Assembly (NCBI GenBank): GCA_010909165.1
Contig: VJWM01000357.1
Location: 1-41,346 of the forward strand
Direction of reading: 5' to 3'
Length of the DNA: 41,346 nt
Origin: Anthoceros angustus
Lineage: Eukaryota > Plantae > Anthocerotophyta
Positions 33,900-41,346 of this stretch are shown piece after piece. The stretch's first letter is position 1, and every line of letters begins with the position of its first letter. The position numbers and the translations under genes are program-made. The notes beneath the pieces are model-generated. The model ran no database searches and was not told where the DNA came from. It saw only the letters and a list, made by a program, of their open reading frames with translations.

Positions 33900-36720
33900 C
33901 GGGAGCGTGGAATGCTCACTTCGTGTGAAAGAGGGTGGCTCGAAATTGGTCAACATTTCTTGCATCTCACTTCTAGATACACCTCTGCGAGCAAACAAGA
34001 CATCTTGGCGCTCTTTGGCCGGCTGCCACTGTTGAAAGAGTATCGGGCTGAGACTGCAAAGACCGCAAGGATAGCGAGGTGGCGCAATGATCATGCGAAC
34101 TTGAAGGTTGCATGCTCAAGTTTGAAGTGCAATTTGGAGACCATTTGCCGGAACACGCTCTTCAACATGATTCGTCTAAAGATATCAAAGGAGCCACCTT
34201 GTTTTCCTCGTCTCGCCAAATAGAGTCAGGAGGCATCAGACGAGCCTTGGGTTCTCCAAGGAGATGCATGGTGAAATATCTCGGTGTGGTGTGTAGGAAG
34301 ACACGGAGGACATGCAGCAGTGGTATGTGAAAGACGAATTGTTCGTTTTGGGAACTCGCCCGACCATCATCAAACACCAAGGACACAAAGTTCGAATCGC
34401 CCAAAGTGTTCATCACACATATCACTCATTTCGATATGTCTCAGTTTGTCTGTGATATGTCCGATTCTATTGATTTGCTATCAATCACTTTTCCCCTTGC
34501 AAGGCCGTGTTAAGGTAATCGATGTTCAAAGATGTTGTTCCACAATGCTCTTGGGGTGCATGTTGGGCATGATTTGCGTTAATGCATCTCAAGTTTTGGT
34601 TCCTCCCTCCTGTCACCGCCATTCAAGACTTTTTGTCGCACCCTTTGGTCACCCTCGACTCGGGCCTCTTGGCATCCAGCCTCCCAAGACACAGGGTCAC
34701 GGTGGTGGACATGTGCAATGACAGTGCCCACCACGTGTGGACACTTGCTTGGTCCCGCATGGTGTCATGGTCACCTCAAATGTAACATGGTGACTACCGG
34801 CAATTTTATGTGACTCTATGGTCTTGTTGTAATCACATGGCCACGACATCGGTATATTCGACAGTGCTACTTGTCCCGATGGTCATGCACGTAGGTGGCC
34901 AGCTGCTCGTCCGGAGTGGGCTTGGGGTCATGTCCTTGGGATACGTGGTAGGGTCACTTTCCTATGACCCATCGCCCACTGGGAATATACAAGCAAGCTC
35001 GACACAAGTCGTTGTGGTGTCTGCATGAGTTCTATCTCCGCTTTTGTCGAGCACGACGTCCATGTTGGGCAAAGGACATTTGAGAAGTTGAAGCCTTTTA
35101 CGTGAAGAGTTTGGTGAACGTAATCTTTGCTGTAGATATCACGAGATGGCATTTTAAAGGATGCTTTGAATGGCCGCGGGTTCGCCTGTGATTCACTCGT
35201 GGCCATTGCCTTTGTTCCTGATGGTATGTGCTATCGAGCCACCAAGCCTTCCATGTATGCCCACTCGCGCAATGCTGAGGGAGCTATGTGAGCGTTGTGT
35301 CCCCGGATGAAGCTGGCATGCCCTTGCATGCCTGCAGGGGGCTTGTGACAGATGTGGGATTCCCAAGCTTTTGTTCTGTCCATCGAGACCTCAGAGATTC
35401 AACCACAAGTTCTTGTTGTTTCCGATGTGGTTGGTCGAGACGATGGGAATGATAAGAAACGTATCAAGCTTGTGTTCATGGAAACACACCCCTCGTTTGT
35501 GTTTCACTTCAAGGTAAAGCTCAAGGAGTTTGTGCCATGATTTTGTGCAACGTGGCAAGGGATAGAGTTCGCAATTTGGAATGGTTTCCACAAGACAAAG
35601 TTGTTTCGCTCATGGACTTCTCCTAACTATGCATTTGGTGTCCGTAATGAGATACACTATGCAATCGCAAAATGATCGGTGTATCAATCTTCGTGTTGGT
35701 GTTCTACCACATAGCTCGGATGCATGATCCCCTGCATCCATCGAGAAATACTACCATTTTACATTAGTGATGATCTTGTTCATGACACGCTGTTTGTGCA
35801 ACATTGCTTGCTCAAGCACCGCAATGGATGCGGATGGTTTCGACCGGGAACATTGGTGTCGGATGCCAAGCCTTGCCAAGCTATTCGCTACCCAAGCCTC
35901 ATGGGTGTAACATGCCCGTCATACTTTGGGAGTGGCCATGGGAAGGGGAGCACGATGGTGCGGATCTTGAAGCGATCACACGGCTGGAGTCATCTCCGAA
36001 GCTAAGCGAATGCGGATGTTGTGGAGGTCCGCAACTACCCGGCAGAAGTTCATATGCCTCAGCATGGGGTGCATGTTTTTGGTTAATTGGCAAAACATGA
36101 AAACAGGAGGGCCAAGCATGGTTGTGATCCTATTCTCGGTTCCAAGACAATGCATGCCACAGTAGCATGGACCCAACGCAAGCTGATGCGGCACCGCATG
36201 CTTTTGTGTTGGCTTAGAGAGCAACCATTCAAGTGGAGGCCCACACTCGCTGATGCCTGTGAGGATCAAACCTCATGCCTGAGCATTGGTCCTCACAGAA
36301 TTCAAATGCAATCACGCGAACATTGTTGGAGGATGCGGTCCTCCTTCCCTCCCGCTAATCTCGGAAAATGACATCGCCGACGTCTTGATGTGTCGACATG
36401 GCGATGTCCTCAAGTCGGGACAACTTCCTTGTACTTGCCGACCATGAAGATGAAGGTCGAGCTTTTACCTACTCATCAAATTTAAGCACACATTGCTTCA
36501 CGATTGCCCATGGTCTAATGTCACTTACAAAGCGGGGATTCGTGGTCGTGGTCCCATTACACTGCAAGAGGACTGTCACATGCGGATATGGACAACGGAC
36601 CGCATTCTCCAGCCCATATTGTTCGGACATGCAAGTTTGAAATGGAGGTGCAAGATGGTGATGACCTTTTGTTTGTGCTCACAAAGAGGCCTCTGTGAAA
36701 GGTGTTGTGCAAGAAAGTGT
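33900..36720 (+). pseudogene. Decayed large DDD transposase, Sola-like (probably Sola2-type)
   Basis: Collinear fragments across frames: SFWE..RPSSNTKDT; GQRTFEKLKPF(Y)VK..RYHE; ACLQGACDRCG; KRIKLVFMETHP; VVSLMDFS*NYAFGVRNEI; FYISDDLVHDTLFVQHCLL; VSDA; YFGSGHGKG/EHDGA; DNFLVLA..KFEM. The subtype is recalled from motifs, not searched. Confidence 0.7.
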
Positions 36721-37880
36721 ACAAGATGCTTCCGTCATGGGCCCTTGAATGTCACTTGCATACTTGTCAATGAAAGACCCAAGGATGATATGATAAATCC
36801 ACTGGCTTGAAATCCACTGTGGAGCACATGAGTCGTGCATAATTCTGTCTCCTCTGGAATCGTTCGTCTATGTCTCGATTGATAACGCTGCATATGCTTG
36901 AAACCGGCGGCTAGTGTGATGTGGAACATGACCAAACACGGCAGCCATGTCTGCATCCTGTGACCCATACATCGATACTTCCACGCGTCCCCATGAGCTA
37001 CCTACCGTGGCCATAATGTCCCAACATGTGGGTAGTGATTAATCATGGACCCACGCAGCAGCAAGTAAGGCAAGTCTTCAATGTGGCAACCTTCATATTC
37101 GATGCACACTGCGCATCATGTCATTGAACTCAATCGACATTTGTCTTCCCCTTGAGCCACGCGGCATTGTGCACCAACTTGTTCTTGTCCTTTGCGTGGC
37201 TCCGGGTTCTCCGCGCCATGGCATCCGTGGTTGAGGCCGGAGGGATGGTGGATGCCTTAGGCATCCACCCGTGCCACCGACTTGGTTGCGCTTAGACGCC
37301 GCCTGCTGGTCGAGGCACTTCCCCATTCCCGTGTATGGCGGTGAACTATTTGCAACGCGAGGTAAAAGCACTGATACCACCGGATGCGCAAGAGGGAATT
37401 GTTGCCCTATGAGGAGGGGCGAGTGCCCGCCTCCATCAGATGTGGGAGGGAGACGAGCCTCTCCCACCTCCTCCCGCAGGATTCGCGGTGCATGCAACAT
37501 GGGCGTGGTGGATTGAGGAAGGCCAAGGCAACGCCAATCCTCTCTGCAGAGGCACGACCAATGCCATTTGTGTATTTGCTTGCCATCCTCAATCCACAGT
37601 GAGGGTCAGGACAAGCTTGGGTCTTGCTAGGCATTGTCGTGGTCTAGTAGTTCACGATTGTAAATGAATAGGACATCTTGTGCTCCAAATCTAGAAGTTC
37701 ATGTTTCGATCGATGGTTAGGAATGGTGTCCGCTTTAGATTCAAGCTTCTTTGGATTCCATCCCTTGTGTGTTCAAAGCATTATGATAATGCAACCAAAC
37801 CAGATCAACTCGATGTCACATCAATCTAAGCTGCCACGATGGATCGAACTTATGAAGATAGCTTTACCAATGAGGAGGCT

Positions 37881-37922
37881 TAATTATTCAGTCTTAATTA
37901 ATCAGTCTGAATTAATCAATCA
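37881..37922. repeat. 14-bp degenerate tandem repeat x3 (TAATTAATCAGTCT)
   Basis: Direct reading. Confidence 0.7.
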
Positions 37923-38127
37923 TGCTCAATGGAAAGGATCGCTTGTCGCCAGCCCCTGCGGAGTGTTCGTGGAGCTCGCATGCCAGTTTCAACGTTGTCC
38001 AAAACGGTATTCAACTACATCGAGCAGCCACACACACCGATGTACCGCTGCCGCCTTGTGCCCTCCAAAACTCTGCACGCATATATCAAACATTTGCCTG
38101 CCGCCTTCTTCATGTTGCCCTGTTTCG

Positions 38128-38830
38128 TTAGATGCTCCAACCATACTGTGTAGGACCAAGCCAATACAATTGCTTCTTCTTATCATCCGCTTGTCTTTCT
38201 CGCACCTTCACCATTTCGAACTTGGTGGCAACTATCATGAGCGATACGAGTTGGCACACCACGCTCCTTAATCCATCGCTTGATATAGACCGTATGCTTT
38301 TTGGTTCTCGCCATAATATAAAGCCCTTGCAACAGATTCTCCTCGCTCCGGCCCCAACCCCATACAAGATTCGGTGTAGTCCTCTTGCAAGGGCTCCCAT
38401 GTCGACACGCACTTGAGAACATAGAACAAAACTTCTCCTTGTTATTTGGAAGTGCAAGAACCATGAAGTTATCCCCCACATCCGATGCCGCATCATGTTC
38501 TACACCGGAGGGCACGAAATCCTCCACGCCACTTTTTCCACGCCTCCCTTAGCGTGCTTTGAGAGTGGCTTCCGTTTCAATGGTCCAGCCTTCGCCCGCA
38601 CACCCATGGGATTATGCCTTGTCGACCACAGTGGCATAACCAGCTTTGGGTCTCCCTCCTCGAGCTTGGTGCACTGTCACCAACTTCTCCTTCTCAATGA
38701 CCTTGGCATGAAGCATGTGGGTGACCACGCCGATCTTAGTGGCATCCCGGTCACGGCAAAGTGCCACCGAGCACGAGAACCGACCACGTGCTCTGGCATC
38801 GGGTCATGGCAAAGTGCCATTAGTGCACAG
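38128..38830 (-). pseudogene. Second, diverged copy of the C-terminal domain of the Sola-like transposase
   Basis: VVGSRARWHF..TCF..W.QC, VGDNFMVLALPNNKEKF, LLQGLY and IVATKFEM parallel the + strand copy (DNFLVLA..KFEM). No catalytic-core motifs were seen upstream. Confidence 0.6.
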
Positions 38831-41346
38831 AAGTGACCACTTCTTGTCGAGTGTCCACCGGCACACATATCCCCATGTCCACTTGGCTGCACTTGCCGCA
38901 TCCAAAGGTGCGGCATCCACATGTGGCCTAGGGGCTGCAACATCCGCTTGAATAACTCCCATCTCATGGCAGAGTGCCATGGGTACTTCGTTTTTCTCCT
39001 TCACAACTACACAATGCGCACTTTTAGGGTGTCAAATTCCACATCCGTAGGGCTTCCCTTCAAGCTCCACTCTTGCTGCACAATCAATAAGATCAAAACC
39101 CTCCGTTGAAAGGCTTAACCGGCAATGGCTCGTGCATGTTGATGCCTCACCCATTGTGCACAAACTCGTGGAAGAGCGTTCTTCAACCAGTTGTTCTCAC
39201 TTGTTGCTCCTAGAGTTGGGGCTGCCACAACACATGTTGCCACATAAGGTGCATCATCTTCAACTCATCGGTGGTGGCGGGATGCTCGCCACATAGTCAC
39301 CGCCGAGGGTTTTGCCAACAATTGTGTGACATCGCACCCGAGTTCGACATCATCCATGGACCAGCATTGTTCCCCATTGGAACGACAAGGTCGTGTGTAA
39401 AACATATTTTGCATTTCCATGGGCGACGGGTGGTGTTCGCTCATCGGAATAGGTAGCCGAGCATGTGGTGGCGTTGGTGACATGGGTATCTTCAAGTGTG
39501 TAATGGAGAGCGGGCAAGCTGCTATATGTGCCTACAATAAAGGTGCAAGCAACACTCACGAGAAGGATAAGCAGACACAAAAAAAAGGGTCCAAGGTTCA
39601 ATGCGACACCGGTGACTCTAGCATGTTCTTCCTGCTCACGGTGTTCTCACTTTGTCGTGGCAATGGAGTGTTTCCCCAACCCTCCGGCAAAACGTGCATC
39701 CATGCTTTCGTAGTCCCCGAGAAGTTCAATGTATTCCGTCCGCCCTCTTCTTCATCTATATGCCATGAGTCATTGGGGCATGGTACTTATAAAAGGCCAC
39801 CCTCTTGATTTAATCCATCTTGGGTGCACATCAAGGTTGCACCCCGTGAGGGGGACACGGAGGCTGTAACGCTTGGAACAAACAAGCATCGTGGAAGCAA
39901 TGCCCGCATGGCAAGAAGACACCATTACATGAGAACCACACAAACGCAACACCGTGTAACTCAGGGGCGCACTTGAGTGGCTAGGAGCCGGAATCCATCG
40001 TGGAATTGAGCCATCCATCTTCCTCATTGCATGTATGCGTTTAAGCATCGCCTCCTTGCCGATTGACATCGTTGTTCAAGCTCTTCCCTATTGGCGTGAG
40101 GGCGCTCGCGGCCTGTAATAGCATGCCTCGAACGGCTATGCCTTCGCCTGTGAACCGAAATTACCTTGTAGGTTAGACCTCGCAGAAGGCAACAAGGCAG
40201 AGTGCTGGAAAGTCAAGAGGTGAGCAAACCTGTTCGTTCTTTGCTTGGTCGCCATCCAGTTGTGCACAAATAAGCTCAGCCACAGCAAGCTTCGCGTTAG
40301 TCAACTTGGAATGCTCCTCCAGTGCCTTTGCTGTGAAACGGGCTTCTTCGTCGGATAACCTTGCAAGCTCTAACATCAGTTGAGATTGGACCTTGGTCTG
40401 CACACTCATCGTCTCCCAATTTGGCAAATCCAATGCATCTGGAAGCAAGGAGGGAAATTAAAACCGTGATGCACCGGATGATCACGTGACCAAGAACTCA
40501 TGGGAGGTGACCACCGGATAGTACCACGGGTCACGGGCCATGAGTGGCCGACCACCGCTTTAATGCGGTGATCGTGGTGTATGAGTGGGCACCTCACCAC
40601 CGACTTCAGATGATGGTCAGTGACCATATGCCCAAGCACACAAAATCGAAAACGGTCAAGCATTGATGAATCCACATTGTGACCATGTGAATCGTATCAA
40701 GACACACCACCAGTGCCCATATGGGATGTAACCCATGTGATACAACCAGCTTCAACGCTTAGCCCGTGACGTGCCCATAACAGGATCCAAACATTCGTGC
40801 ACACATGCAGCAAGACACGTCGATGGAAAAACAATGAAACTCATTGAAGGGTTGAATTGGAAGCCCGCCAAGAATGTGCCCGCATCACCCACAACCCACA
40901 ACACTCACAACCACCACTAAATTAGCATGGTCCCGCTGATTCCAATAAAAAAACCCGAGTCTGGAGAACTCTAAAATCAGGAGAACAAAACATCCAAGTA
41001 AGTCACACCAAGCCAGATGGAAGCATGAACAAAACTACCCAGGACGCAGCATGCCCAACCTTTCCCCACCCGACTGCAGATCAAACCCACAACGCACGAC
41101 ACATCTACCTTCCGCACGCTGAAAACATGGCAAACTGAACCATGGCTTAAAGCTGGCGGCCATGGACAAGATGATGACCTTTCTCCACGCTTGGCACCTC
41201 AAGATCATCCACAACCGGCATCACTATACCCTCCGCCTCCCATCCCGCTTCCTCCCGAACATCCCTAGCAACCTCGGGCTTGGTGTGTTGGCTTCTGGCC
41301 TGTGACCTAGTGGCCTCGGAGCCACCATGTGGCCGCACGGGGTTAG

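Noticed and set aside
37368-37379. PBS-like TGGTATCAGTGC on the minus strand
   Set aside because: It has one mismatch, is not preceded by an LTR-terminal CA, and no LTR pair was found.
37678-38271. 197-aa plus-strand ORF
   Set aside because: No recognisable domain; it crosses a small tandem repeat and lies antisense to the transposase-domain remnant.

Overview
This is land-plant nuclear DNA, probably from a non-seed plant; that is inferred from the 5S type and the PLS-class PPR remnants, and the species cannot be determined. Bases 1-~19476 are the edge of a tandem 5S rDNA array on the + strand: 12 recognisable 5S genes with a period of ~1.46-1.87 kb, then a final unit cut ~95 bp before its 5S gene. 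Each spacer carries a ~40-50 bp foldback inverted repeat, a ~190-510 bp (CCAAA)n tract with CTAAA variants, short duplications and a near-invariant TATATA block. Every 5S copy is shorter than 120 nt through scattered deletions, which looks more like long-read consensus noise than real decay. The rest of the window holds a PLS-class PPR pseudogene, a two-exon sphingolipid delta-4 desaturase (DES1-like), and a decayed PIF/Harbinger element (transposase plus convergent Myb/trihelix ORF). The Harbinger transposase is split by a 2,417-bp element with perfect 23-bp TIRs and a 4-bp TSD (ATTG), which I cannot assign to a common plant superfamily. Further right are a retroelement-like accessory ORF remnant and a decayed Sola-like DDD transposase with a second, convergent copy of its C-terminal domain. 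The many LVWFG/PNQTK ORFs are microsatellite artefacts. Family assignments come from recalled motifs, not searches, and coordinates in noisy or decayed regions are approximate.
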